DNA of 61,593 bases, counting the filler, from Aduncisulcus paluster (lineage: Eukaryota): assembly GCA_024181965.1 (NCBI GenBank). It is 6 parts of 6 records of this genome, joined end to end, with 100 filler letters (N's around TTAATTAATTAA, not from the genome) between each part and the next. Parts side by side here need not be neighbours in the genome. Positions count along the whole stretch, not along the records: positions 11,972 to 26,483 come from BQXS01010840.1; positions 26,584 to 36,226 come from BQXS01010843.1; 4 more parts are not named here. One strand, given 5' to 3'. The first letter of the stretch is position 1, and each line of letters begins with the position of its first letter. The position numbers were made by a program, and so were the translations under genes. Positions 26,101-36,326 of this stretch are shown one piece after another. The notes beneath the pieces were generated by a model. That model worked only from the letters and a program-made list of their open reading frames with translations, made no database searches and had not been told where the DNA came from.

Positions 26101-26483
26101 CTCATCATCATCGATGGATGTAAACTCACTGAGGACAGACAAAGAAACTCCGAGCCCAATACCCAAGGGAACAGAAGAACTTGCAGGGTCAGATGTGGAC
26201 TGGATGGCAGCAGAATGTGAGGGGAGTGGCACGGGAGGAAATACAGACACAGACACAGTAGCTGTGGAAGAGGAGGAAGCGTCAACAGTCACACCATCAA
26301 CAATCACATTGCTGGAAATGATACTCATGTTTTTGGACGAAGAAGGAACAATCGATGAGAGATCATCAAATGGAACAACACTAAGAGAACAATGAGATTC
26401 TGATGGAACATATATAAACTGGGGTACAAAATACAATGTAAATGAAAAATTTGACCCAAGAGGAGTTACAGTTAGAATGGATG
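17192..26483 (-). CDS. Giant type-I membrane surface protein with EGF/tenascin-like repeats, a REJ/PKD-like region, one C-terminal TM helix and a short tail; 5'-partial, ~2850 codons after removing gap duplications
   Basis: ORFs 17192..23677 and 23572..26436 overlap through duplicated sequence at the 23767 gap and form one gene. Many CxCxxG(W/Y/F)xGxxC motifs; TM FWVIFVCGILFLTVCSIIVGFFY followed by KYKRK. Frame is open to the contig edge. Confidence 0.88.
18997..19426. repeat. ~205-bp direct duplication flanking a 20-N gap (assembly overlap artefact)
   Basis: 18997-19201 is repeated at 19222-19426. Confidence 0.9.
21150..21627. repeat. ~229-bp direct duplication flanking a 20-N gap (assembly overlap artefact)
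   Basis: 21150-21378 is repeated at 21399-21627. Confidence 0.9.
23512..24041. repeat. ~255-bp direct duplication flanking a 20-N gap (assembly overlap artefact)
   Basis: 23512-23766 is repeated at 23787-24041. Confidence 0.9.
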
Positions 26484-26583
26484 NNNNNNNNNNNNNNNNN
26501 NNNNNNNNNNNNNNNNNNNNNNNNNNNTTAATTAATTAANNNNNNNNNNNNNNNNNNNNNNNNNNNNNNNNNNNNNNNNNNNN
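26484..26583. other. Artificial contig linker
   Basis: N-TTAATTAATTAA-N cassette. Confidence 0.97.
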
Positions 26584-26700
26584 CTCACAGTTGTTTCAAT
26601 ATGAAAAAGAAATGGGCAAATTGTGAGAAAGAATTGTTCAGAAATTAATAAAAAATGCGGTAAAATCATGTTTGAATTGATTATTTTTTGAAGTTGATTC

Positions 26701-28575
26701 CTATTTTCGTCTGAACATCTGAAATACCTTTGAGAAGAAAGAAGGAGTTTTCTGTTCAAAATGCTTCTCAATTTCCTTAGGACTTGTTGATTTCTTTCTA
26801 TGTGAGGGAATATATGGCCTGGGCTCTGGAATTGAATCTTCAGAATATTCTCCCAAGCTTTCCTCCTCTTCCTCGATTTGTTCATCTCTTTCTCTTAACA
26901 AACCTTCTTGACGCAAAGTTTGAAGAACCAATTTACGCTCTTCCTCTCTAATTTGTCGTTCTCTCTCTCTTTCGCGTATCTTCTTCTCCTCTTCTTCCTG
27001 TTTTTTTCTCATTTCCTTCCTCGCGATTCGTTCTTGGCGCCACTGCTCCTTCTCTTCCTCTTCCCGACGTTTCCTTTCTCTATCATAACGAATCACCTTG
27101 AAACATCCAACGAGGATAATCACATAGAAAACGGACATGCAGCACTGACTCCCATTTGGGAAGACGACAGCAAGACATAACATAAAAACGAGCATCAAAG
27201 CAGACACGAAGAAGGCGCCAATCGAAACACGGGCGTTCCAAGCAAGCAGAGAAAATCCAGAGTTAAGAACATCAGCGATATGTAAAAGGCTCATCCAGAA
27301 GAGACGAAGGATATGCTTGGCAAATATTCTCAATTTCTCAATCGGAATAAGTTTGAATATTCGCCAAAATAAGGAAAGAGAAGACGTTGGAGTGATGTTC
27401 GCAAGAATACCAAATATACGTTGGGCAGTTCCAGATTGGGAAATAAAAGGAATCTTGGGAGTTGGGTAGAATTCGTTTGACTGGTCACTGGATTCATCAT
27501 CAATGAGTTCAGAATGACCGTTGGATTCAGTGGACTTCTTTGACAAGTTCCTATTTGCCCGGGTTTCGAGCTCTTTCTTTTTCAAAACGGCATCAGGAGA
27601 AATTATTGACCGAAGAAGCTTTTTATGATGACTATTAAGCTTAGTTTTATCATAAACGTCTCTATTACGGAGGAAAAAGTGAGATATTAAAGGAGTCGTG
27701 AGAATAGAAACTAAAACTCCCGAAAATAACATGTAAATACAAATCAGAGTAATTCTGGCAAAAAAGATATTTTTCAGAATGAATGCTGGAATATAAAGAA
27801 TATAGAAAACAATTTTCATCAGAAGGTTAAGCATATCACAAACGAAAACAACAACAATCGAAAATAATATGCATAATATTAATCCAACAACTGGAAATTT
27901 GTGCCAATTAAAAGTGTTGTTTACCATTTTGGAAATGTTAGAAAAAATTGAGCCTGAAAGGATCGAACTTGAACCAGAATCGATATCATCGTAATGACCG
28001 TAATGCTTGGCCAGAAAATTAGGAGTTTTTGGCCCTCTAACTGAAGCACCATGACTTCCGCCATTTTCCTGAGCCCCCCCGGCAGTTGGCTCGAATATAG
28101 ATTTAAATTTTGAAAAGTATGTTCCTACTTTCTTTGAAAAAGATATTGATGCAGTTGTATCAGGAGACGATTTTCTACCAGCAGTCTCTGGTTCTGAATT
28201 ATTAACTCGAGTAGGTCCTAATTCAATTTGTTTTGTTTCATGTTTTTTAAAAAATTGTTTCCCTCCAGAAACCTTCTTTCCACCATGATGAGAGGAATTC
28301 TGAGAATCCACAGAATCGATATCTGGCTCACTAGAATATAGTGATTTTGTTCCAATTGGAACAGTAGGAACAGAATAATAAATTTCAGGGTTACTAACTT
28401 CATCTGAAAAGGATTTCTGCTGAGAATCAGCACCTCCTTCCACTCTTGTTTCAATAAACGACGCTCCTGTAAAATCACCATCAGACACGGAAGATTCATC
28501 ACTGAATTCAGCTCCAATCTTTCGATTATCCATCATGAATATGCCCAAAACCCTATTTTTCACCTTTTCTCCCAT
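26701..28575 (-). CDS. Multi-pass membrane protein with disordered N-terminus and C-terminal E/R/K-rich helix
   Basis: 634-aa ORF (first ATG 28575, alternative 28536); several hydrophobic segments followed by an ERKRREEEEKEQWRQE... charged tract. Confidence 0.8.
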   Translation of the reverse strand: MGEKVKNRVLGIFMMDNRKIGAEFSDESSVSDGDFTGASFIETRVEGGADSQQKSFSDEVSNPEIYYSVPTVPIGTKSLYSSEPDIDSVDSQNSSHHGGKKVSGGKQFFKKHETKQIELGPTRVNNSEPETAGRKSSPDTTASISFSKKVGTYFSKFKSIFEPTAGGAQENGGSHGASVRGPKTPNFLAKHYGHYDDIDSGSSSILSGSIFSNISKMVNNTFNWHKFPVVGLILCILFSIVVVFVCDMLNLLMKIVFYILYIPAFILKNIFFARITLICIYMLFSGVLVSILTTPLISHFFLRNRDVYDKTKLNSHHKKLLRSIISPDAVLKKKELETRANRNLSKKSTESNGHSELIDDESSDQSNEFYPTPKIPFISQSGTAQRIFGILANITPTSSLSLFWRIFKLIPIEKLRIFAKHILRLFWMSLLHIADVLNSGFSLLAWNARVSIGAFFVSALMLVFMLCLAVVFPNGSQCCMSVFYVIILVGCFKVIRYDRERKRREEEEKEQWRQERIARKEMRKKQEEEEKKIRERERERQIREEERKLVLQTLRQEGLLRERDEQIEEEEESLGEYSEDSIPEPRPYIPSHRKKSTSPKEIEKHFEQKTPSFFSKVFQMFRRK

Positions 28576-28803
28576 TAGATTTGTCCTTCCGAAATAAACA
28601 CTCAAAAAATGCTATTATTTATCAATAATTTGAATATTAGAATTTGATTTTTCTTCTAACCTTCCTGTATTTGAATCTCATGTTTCGTTTTGCTTTTGCT
28701 TCCTGTTGACAAGAGTGATTTTCATCTTTAATAATATTTCTTAATATTATACAACCTTATTTTCTATATAATAATCTAAAAATTATTTTTATTGCATCTT
28801 GAT

Positions 28804-29829
28804 ATGGATTCTGTTGAAGTCCATGATACCGATAAATTAAAAGAGTTGCTTGAGGGAGCATATCAATATAAAGAAACTATTGAAAAGACCCTTCCAAAAG
28901 CTAGACCCCCCACATCTAAACCTCCAGAAAGCGACCCTATAAAAGAACGGATGGCTTTGAAGAGTGAGTTACAGCGTAAGCATTTCACTGAGGTTGCTGG
29001 ACGTGCGTTAGCTGCTGCTAAACAAAGAACGGAAGAAGAAGCAAGAATTAAAGAGCAATCCTTAGAAGTTTTGTTGGGTGATATTTTCCGTTGTAACAAT
29101 ACTTTGATCGTCGACATCGATGAATATTTACAGGCTGTTGGCCATAAAAAGGAAAAAAGAAAGAAAGAATTGTATCATCAATGGGTAACGACAATCTTTG
29201 ATCCCGTCCAGGAACATATATTTGCTGCTCTTGATAATACAGATTTCAAAAAATTAGCTGCTGCCAAACGGCAATCATTTACGAGGTTTTTGGATGAAAT
29301 TACATCAAGAAAAGATATTGGCATATTTCTCGATCAGGAACGTGATTCATATCCAAGACAACATTGGAAAGGAAGTCACATTCGTACAGATATTCAGCCT
29401 AAACCTCTCCCATGTTATCCATCTGAAAGATCTGCTAGGATGGAACTCGCAGATTCCATGACACTCTCTGCTCGCAGTCCAATTGTTTCTCACCAACCTC
29501 AGATTAGACCCAATTCCCCTTCTCAACTTCCTGTATCATCACCCTTAGTTCAGTCAATTAAGTCTGGGGTCGGAATTGTGTCAACATCTTTCGGAGATGA
29601 ACATCTTATTGCAGTAAGTGATGATAAAGCAGTTAAACAACCAAAACCTCGGTTCAAGAAAATGCTCGATGCTACAAAATGGAAACCAACAGATTTATAT
29701 TGCAGTATGCATCGTGATTATGTTGGGGCAAGAGCTATGAAAGGAAGAGCTCACTCTCCTGGTCACGAGGAAAGAATTCGTCGTGATCCAAAAACTGGAA
29801 TTGCCAAACCCTTTGCCTTATTTGAATAA
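28804..29829 (+). CDS. FAM228-like protein
   Basis: IDEYL...KEKRKKELYHQWVTTIFDPVQEHI resembles the FAM228 conserved block (recognised from memory). ATG at 28804. Confidence 0.6.
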   Translation: MDSVEVHDTDKLKELLEGAYQYKETIEKTLPKARPPTSKPPESDPIKERMALKSELQRKHFTEVAGRALAAAKQRTEEEARIKEQSLEVLLGDIFRCNNTLIVDIDEYLQAVGHKKEKRKKELYHQWVTTIFDPVQEHIFAALDNTDFKKLAAAKRQSFTRFLDEITSRKDIGIFLDQERDSYPRQHWKGSHIRTDIQPKPLPCYPSERSARMELADSMTLSARSPIVSHQPQIRPNSPSQLPVSSPLVQSIKSGVGIVSTSFGDEHLIAVSDDKAVKQPKPRFKKMLDATKWKPTDLYCSMHRDYVGARAMKGRAHSPGHEERIRRDPKTGIAKPFALFE

Positions 29830-30271
29830 ATTATTTTCCTTTTATCGTAGATTGAGTTTTTTGAATTTCAATGAGGATTCGTTATTTTTCCTTCCGAAGG
29901 AGTCCTTGGTCACTTTTTGTCGATCCTTCATATTGGTTGAAATATAATTAATAGAAATATTATTAGATGGGATTTTTTATTATATACCAATTTTAATTAA
30001 ATTATTTTGAATATATCGATACAGGATCCATATATTAATGAATTTGTAAATCTGTAGATCTATCCTTTGGAATTATTGATCATTTTATATTTCATTCTAT
30101 ATTTATCATTTTATATTCAATATTCATGATGATTAGATCTTTTAATTTTCTATATTTGAAGCCGTCTTGTCACCTTCAGGATTATCAAGTTTGTCTTTAT
30201 TGTATTAATGCGAGTTCTTTGGCTCCTTTCTGTCCGTAAATTAGTACTTTTCTTTTTTGTGACCACTTGGA

Positions 30272-32983
30272 ATGATAAAACAAAGAGTTGATATCTTAGT
30301 TCCAGATCAACCATTCTCACAACCTTCAGAAGAATTGAAAACTCCACCCAAACCTCACTCGAGTATTCATACCCCTTCGCCACTACAATGCCTCAGCCCA
30401 AATAGTACCTGTAATCCTCAATTAGTTCCCTCGTTTCCTTCCTATATTTCTTTAGATTTTTCTCTTCAAAAGCCTACTGCTTCTTGTCTTCCAGCCACTG
30501 CTGCAATAGCTTCTGCCTTTGCCCTACCATTTGGTTTTTCATATCAACCCTTTTGCCCCAAAGTACAACTGCCTCCTCCCACGTCTTCCGATTTTATGAT
30601 TAGATGTAAGAAATGTCAATCCTACATGAATTGTTTTAATACATTTATTGATAATGGATCTTATTGGAGATGTTGTATGTGTGGAACAAAGAATCATACA
30701 CCTCCACATTATTTTTGTCCCCTAAGTTGTGGAATACGAACTGATATCTCGGAGCATCCCGAATTGGTCTCAAATAATTATGATATTATTCCAACAAAAG
30801 AATTTATTATTAAAGCATTAGATGATCCTGTTTTTGCTTTCTGTTTGGATGTAACATCTGCTTCTTTTTCAACAAAATATTTACAATCATCAATCCAAGC
30901 CATTAGAGTTTCTCTGAAACAACTGTATCGTTTATTTGATGACAAATTCTCCGTTTTATTTGCTTGTTTTGACTCAAAAATCCATTTTTTCAGGTTTGTG
31001 GCAGGTGCTGCCTTCTGTTGTAGTTTACCTGAAATTGATGAACCATACGTTCCATTTCCGCACGGACTAATTGTAAACTACGAGCAAAACATTGCTAATA
31101 TTGAAAAATTACTCTCTTGTATTCCCGATCTCTTTCGAGCAAATCTCCATCTCACTATTTCTCCATCTGCCCAGGTCCCAACTCCAAAACCTGGAATATT
31201 GCGAATCAAAGAAGAGGTACAGCGTAAATTACCTTCACTAAGATTTCTCAAAAAATCTTCATCAACTCCAACTAAAGGAGATTCGATCCCACAAACCCAT
31301 CCAGCATCTAGAGCTCTCGGATCGTGCATTACATCTGTGATAAATATTTTCAAGGAACGTCATGGTTGTGTTGTCTATTTTAGCGCAGGCACAGGTACTG
31401 CAGGACAAATGGATGTTTCTTCTTCTTTATCCACAAGAAAAAACAATGGGAAACTTACAGAAAAAATATCTAGCAAGTTGTTTTGTTCCGAATCTCCAGT
31501 TTTTGATACGATCTCAAAACAAGCTGGTGAAAAAGGAATAGGTATTTGTGGATTTTTTGCCTCTTCTTCCACCTCGTCGTATTTAGATCTTGCTTCCTAT
31601 TCGGTATTGTCCAATTGCACTGGTGGAATCTGTGAATTTTTCCCAGATTTTCAAGTGCATCGTGATTCTGATCGACTTGTTTCCTTGGTTTCTTCATATT
31701 TAGGATCAATATGGGGGTTGAATTGTTCTTTCAAGGTCCGTTCTTCCAAAGGGTTATCTATCTCCAAATTATATGGAAATTATCATCGAGTAGCTTCATC
31801 AGATAGACAATATAATGTTCCAATCTGCTCCCAAAGCTGGTCCAGCGCCATTGTTATGAATGTAGAAAAAGATCTAACGAAAAGGAGCGATCATATGGGT
31901 TCAAAAATCCAGGGATTCATTCAATCTTCGATGATTTTCTCGGATAATTTCAATTCTCGTATTGTTCGTGTAGTGACGACTCCATGTTATATTTCGAAAA
32001 GCTGTATCGATGTATGTGATTCGATTGATGTGGACAGTCAGATATGTTTACAGTGTAAAATTCTCGCCGAAGCAGTGAAGAAGGAAAAATTAGTATCCAT
32101 TCGAAAAAAGTTGGTAAAATCCCTACAAAGCTGTCTTTCTATGTATAAAGCCAACAGTGGAAGCCATAGATTCCCGATATCCCTCCAAGAATTGCCTATA
32201 TTATTCTTATCTTTGCTAAAACAACCATTTTTATGCTTAGAACCTTCCATTCCTCTTGATATGAGAACAGTTTGTATGAATGAATTTCTTTCTTCATCCA
32301 GTTTGAGAACTCGATCAATTTTATTCCCTCGAGTACTCTCGATCGACCCCACCGAGAAGGATCTTAGATCTTATTCACATCTATGGGGAAAGCATGAGTA
32401 TGAAATGCGGCAGGAGAACCTTGATCTGTGGAGAGATGGACTCTTGGTCACTGATGTAAAGGATTCTGAGGGCCAATTACCATTCTATCCCGAAATTCGT
32501 GATATTTTATTACCAACTCTTGATGACGATAAAGAAATCACAACCATTCCCACTTTTGTTGAGAGTGTTCCACCATCAATCCGGTCTTTCTCTTCCAAAG
32601 GAATATTCATTATTGAGTCACGATTTGCATTGTTTATATTCCTCATGCCCGACGTTACAAATCAAATTTTGGAAGAATTATTTGGAAAAGGAACCTCCGA
32701 ATTGTTTTCTCCTGTAAATTTGAGTCGTTTTGACACAATCCAAGCATCTCTTCACGTCCGTTCTGATACTGTTCTTGGTCGAGTTGTGTTACGAGTCATA
32801 GCATCGATCAGAGCAGAGCGAGAATGTATGATTCCAATGTTTATTGTGCATGCTCGCAGTGGAGTCGCTGTGCTGCCTCGAAAAGTTTTGTTCCAAGATG
32901 AAGTTTGGGGAGAATCTTATGAAACTTTTTATGCAACTTTGATGGAAGAAGTCACAAAACAGGCTCGTGATAAGAGATTATAA
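30272..32983 (+). CDS. SEC24: COPII coat cargo adaptor Sec24
   Basis: LPFGFSYQPF, zinc finger RCKKCQSYMNCF...WRCCMC, HPEL, trunk FCLDVT, KVRSSKGL..YGNY beta-sandwich, helical and gelsolin-like C-terminus. Confidence 0.92.
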   Translation: MIKQRVDILVPDQPFSQPSEELKTPPKPHSSIHTPSPLQCLSPNSTCNPQLVPSFPSYISLDFSLQKPTASCLPATAAIASAFALPFGFSYQPFCPKVQLPPPTSSDFMIRCKKCQSYMNCFNTFIDNGSYWRCCMCGTKNHTPPHYFCPLSCGIRTDISEHPELVSNNYDIIPTKEFIIKALDDPVFAFCLDVTSASFSTKYLQSSIQAIRVSLKQLYRLFDDKFSVLFACFDSKIHFFRFVAGAAFCCSLPEIDEPYVPFPHGLIVNYEQNIANIEKLLSCIPDLFRANLHLTISPSAQVPTPKPGILRIKEEVQRKLPSLRFLKKSSSTPTKGDSIPQTHPASRALGSCITSVINIFKERHGCVVYFSAGTGTAGQMDVSSSLSTRKNNGKLTEKISSKLFCSESPVFDTISKQAGEKGIGICGFFASSSTSSYLDLASYSVLSNCTGGICEFFPDFQVHRDSDRLVSLVSSYLGSIWGLNCSFKVRSSKGLSISKLYGNYHRVASSDRQYNVPICSQSWSSAIVMNVEKDLTKRSDHMGSKIQGFIQSSMIFSDNFNSRIVRVVTTPCYISKSCIDVCDSIDVDSQICLQCKILAEAVKKEKLVSIRKKLVKSLQSCLSMYKANSGSHRFPISLQELPILFLSLLKQPFLCLEPSIPLDMRTVCMNEFLSSSSLRTRSILFPRVLSIDPTEKDLRSYSHLWGKHEYEMRQENLDLWRDGLLVTDVKDSEGQLPFYPEIRDILLPTLDDDKEITTIPTFVESVPPSIRSFSSKGIFIIESRFALFIFLMPDVTNQILEELFGKGTSELFSPVNLSRFDTIQASLHVRSDTVLGRVVLRVIASIRAERECMIPMFIVHARSGVAVLPRKVLFQDEVWGESYETFYATLMEEVTKQARDKRL

Positions 32984-33180
32984 AAACACCTTTGAGAAAG
33001 TGTTCTACATTAAAATATAAAATAATTGGAAGTTGAGCCCACCTTAAACCCACATACATTTTTTGGAATATCATCATTTTTTCAAAAGTATATAAATTGA
33101 ACGGAGATCAAATATAATACTATATTATTTTAAGAGTAAATATCAATTATTTTTCATTGAGAAGAATATATCTTTGATTC

Positions 33181-35109
33181 TTAACCAAGAGTTGTGGTTG
33201 TGGAGACTGTAAGATTTGAAAGTGAGGAATCGCTCAAGAAACTGATTTCACTGCCATGAATATTATATTGAGAATAATCGATGTTCAATGCTTTTTCTTT
33301 ATCCTTAATGAGATAACTAACACTCAAATTCCCATGTTCATCATCAATAACAGAAAAATATTTCTTCCGAATCCACAATATAAGTAACACAAAGAATAAG
33401 GAAATCAACATAATACCAATAACAATGGTCATCCAAGCCCACGCTGGCATTCCATCCAATTTATGTTTGTCATCATTGTCAATACACTTTGTACTATCAA
33501 CCATAACCAATCCATCGGCACATAACGATCCAGTATTCACAATACCTGAATTTCCATCCGATGCATCATCACTTTTCTTCTTTTTTTGGCCCGAGCCAGT
33601 ACCGCCTCTAATGTCAATTGAAAACTCATCAACATGTTGGACATTCTCTGAGAAGGAGAGATACCCACCACCACCACCTCCACCTCCTTCCTGAGAACTG
33701 TCTGTTGCAGTGCCTCCATCACCTCCACGGAGATTAATACTAGGAGTTGAAGAGGTGCTGGTACCAACAGTGACGCAGGAAATATCGAACAATACACCAC
33801 CTCCACTTCCTCCACCTCCACATATCACACCGTCACACACACCAGCTACACCGGCAACCGAAATAGTACCGTTCAAAATGACGGTTGACAGGTCATCGTC
33901 ATCATTAACAAATATTGGCTGATCAATATCATCACCAGAAACAACAAAATATCCCCCACCCATTCCACCCAAAGATCCAGCTCCACTTCCACATGCAGGC
34001 GTGTGGGGTGATCCATATGTATTTTTAATGGAGGTTGAGTCAATTGTTGGGGGTTTTCCTCCTTTTCCTCCATGAGATGCGCCGACTCCAATAGTTATGG
34101 GGCATCCAGGTCCTTGTCCAGATGGCAATCCAATGATTCGAATATCAGATAACTCCACAAGATGACTACTTGTTATACTGAATAGAGCCGTTGAATAAGG
34201 GATTTCAATTTCACTTGAAGGAGTAATTGTAACACTATCAACAAAACTAATTGAGGAGTAATTTGAGAGATTAACACTATCATAAATGGATAAAATGCTA
34301 TCAAATGTAATCCCGTTGCATCCAAAGGGCACAAAAGGAACAGAACCCACCCCAGTGATGGTGCCAACGGATATCTGATCAGCATGAATGGCAACAGAGA
34401 AATCAGCCAATGAAATATCAATGTTGGATGCAGAAGGAACAATGTCACCGGTTTGGTTTATCGTAATATCAGCAACAAAATCATCAGCAGAGATATCCAT
34501 ACTGTTGCATGAAAAATTTGAAAATGAAACCATCGAATTGATAAAAAGTTGAATTTCAAATGTATCAATGGCCATATCAGAATAAATCCACGAATCCATC
34601 GTTTGATTCACGGAAATATTCACATAGGAAGAAGTTATAGAATCAATTTCTGCAAACATATTGTTCCCGGCAATACTAATGGATGTTGCATTAATATCAG
34701 GCCTACCATATAAATATAGATTTGAAGAAGAAATTGCTTGCCCTGATCCCGTCAAAGAATCATTAATTGTTAAATGCAAATCGCCATCACAGTATATATG
34801 CGAGGATGTTCGAAAAATAAGTGAATCGACAACAATACTAATTGAACAATCCTCGTTAATTCCAGGGGTATCTGAATGAATATTTAATATTGATGAATTG
34901 CTTCGAATATCAAGCTCACCGGCATTAATCGTATGGCAAGTTAATTCACAATTGGTTGGAACAATAACAGTGTCTTGGTATGGTATTGTGTCAATTGTGG
35001 CCTGTCCATCTGGACAAGGTACAGTATAAGGAAATACTTGCCAAATGAGTGAGAAAAAAATATAAAAACATAAACAATACCAAAAGAAAAAAATTGAAGA
35101 TCTGAACAT
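33181..35109 (-). CDS. Gly-rich type-I membrane surface protein (GASHGG / GGGSGG motifs)
   Basis: N-terminal hydrophobic signal, GASHGGKGG..YGSP..GSG, GGGGSGGGV, then a C-terminal TM followed by RKK. ATG at 35109. Confidence 0.8.
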   Translation of the reverse strand: MFRSSIFFFWYCLCFYIFFSLIWQVFPYTVPCPDGQATIDTIPYQDTVIVPTNCELTCHTINAGELDIRSNSSILNIHSDTPGINEDCSISIVVDSLIFRTSSHIYCDGDLHLTINDSLTGSGQAISSSNLYLYGRPDINATSISIAGNNMFAEIDSITSSYVNISVNQTMDSWIYSDMAIDTFEIQLFINSMVSFSNFSCNSMDISADDFVADITINQTGDIVPSASNIDISLADFSVAIHADQISVGTITGVGSVPFVPFGCNGITFDSILSIYDSVNLSNYSSISFVDSVTITPSSEIEIPYSTALFSITSSHLVELSDIRIIGLPSGQGPGCPITIGVGASHGGKGGKPPTIDSTSIKNTYGSPHTPACGSGAGSLGGMGGGYFVVSGDDIDQPIFVNDDDDLSTVILNGTISVAGVAGVCDGVICGGGGSGGGVLFDISCVTVGTSTSSTPSINLRGGDGGTATDSSQEGGGGGGGGYLSFSENVQHVDEFSIDIRGGTGSGQKKKKSDDASDGNSGIVNTGSLCADGLVMVDSTKCIDNDDKHKLDGMPAWAWMTIVIGIMLISLFFVLLILWIRKKYFSVIDDEHGNLSVSYLIKDKEKALNIDYSQYNIHGSEISFLSDSSLSNLTVSTTTTLG

Positions 35110-35377
35110 GAAATAATATTTAATTAAGGACAATTTTAAGAAATAATTCTTTATATTATCAAAGAAAATCCGATGTTCTCACTTCTCGATCGCAGAAACC
35201 ATTATAAATAATATTAATCATTAAGCCATATTAATAATATATATTAATCATTGAATTTATTATTAATCTTTTTTTATAGTAATAAATCAGCCCAGGAAAA
35301 AACTTACTGAATTAAATACTCATTTCGATGGAGAAAATACATTTTTAGAAACAAAAGTAACGAGAAAAATCAATTAT

Positions 35378-36226
35378 TCATTGGAAAATTAATTCAATTG
35401 CAATATTGAGAAGTGGATCAGGACATAAAAGACATAATTCTCTTTCAGCACCAATTACATGAACAAAATGCATTTTTGGATTCTTTTCGACAAGAGATCT
35501 GAAATTTTTCTGCTTTTTCGCGGGAAGACTCTGGATATATGTTTCGGGGGATGAATAAAAACATGGTTTTGGCGATGAACTCGAAGGGCAAGATAAAGAG
35601 CCGGTCATCTTTGATTCAGACTTCCCCCATTTAAGTAATTTGGTCTGTGTTGATACCCGAACGATTCTTTCTTGCGCTTTAGATCCATCTTTAGTAAATT
35701 TCAATACTTTGAAAACAGTTTCATCACACTTTTTCATTATTTTCCTTTTCTCCTCTTCTCTCTTCTTTCTTTCCTCCTCTTCCTTTCTTTTTCTCTCTTC
35801 CTCTTCCTCTTTTCTTTTTCTCTCCTCTTCCGCTTTTCTTTTCTTCTCTTCTTCTTCCTCTTTTCTTTTTCTCTCCTCTTCTTCCTTTCTCTTCCTTTCC
35901 TCTTCTTCTTCCTTCCTTTTTCTCTCTTCCTCTTCCTCTTTTCTTTTTCTCTCCTCTTCCGCTTTTCTTTTCTTCTCTTCTTCTTCCTCTTTTCTTTTTC
36001 TCTCCTCTTCTTCCTTTCTCTTCCTTTCCTCTTCTTCTTCCTTCCTTTTTCTTTCTGCCTCTTCCTCTTCTTCCTTCCTCTTCCTCTCTTCCTCTTCATC
36101 CACGGAAGATACATATTCATAACTTCCCTCTTCTTCTTCTTCTTCTTCTTCTTCTTCTTCTTGTTTTTCGTCGGAAGGTGAAGTAGCAAGTTTGCTGGAT
36201 ATGGCCGTTTCTTTTCCTTTTTGCTG
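35378..36226 (-). CDS. ER/K-repeat (single-alpha-helix-like) protein with C-terminal PH-like domain; 5'-partial
   Basis: Frame is open from the contig edge at 36226. (EEE(E)RKRK)n tract, then FKVLKFTKDGSKAQERIVRV..LLKWGK...FVHVIGAERELCLL, a PH-like pattern. Confidence 0.75.
   Translation of the reverse strand, partial: QQKGKETAISSKLATSPSDEKQEEEEEEEEEEEGSYEYVSSVDEEEERKRKEEEEEAERKRKEEEEERKRKEEEERKRKEEEEEKKRKAEEERKRKEEEEERKRKEEEEERKRKEEEERKRKEEEEEKKRKAEEERKRKEEEEERKRKEEEERKKREEEKRKIMKKCDETVFKVLKFTKDGSKAQERIVRVSTQTKLLKWGKSESKMTGSLSCPSSSSPKPCFYSSPETYIQSLPAKKQKNFRSLVEKNPKMHFVHVIGAERELCLLCPDPLLNIAIELIFQ
35745..36161. repeat. Low-complexity pyrimidine-rich tandem repeat plus (CTT)n microsatellite
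   Basis: Imperfect tandem units encoding EEEERKRK on the minus strand; pure CTT run at ~36130-36161. Confidence 0.9.
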
Positions 36227-36326
36227 NNNNNNNNNNNNNNNNNNNNNNNNNNNNNNNNNNNNNNNNNNNNTTAATTAATTAANNNNNNNNNNNNNNNNNN
36301 NNNNNNNNNNNNNNNNNNNNNNNNNN
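36227..36326. other. Artificial contig linker
   Basis: N-TTAATTAATTAA-N cassette. Confidence 0.97.

Noticed and set aside
35640-36189. Phe/Ser/Leu-rich and Lys/Arg-rich ORFs
   Set aside because: They are alternative frames of the low-complexity ER/K repeat.
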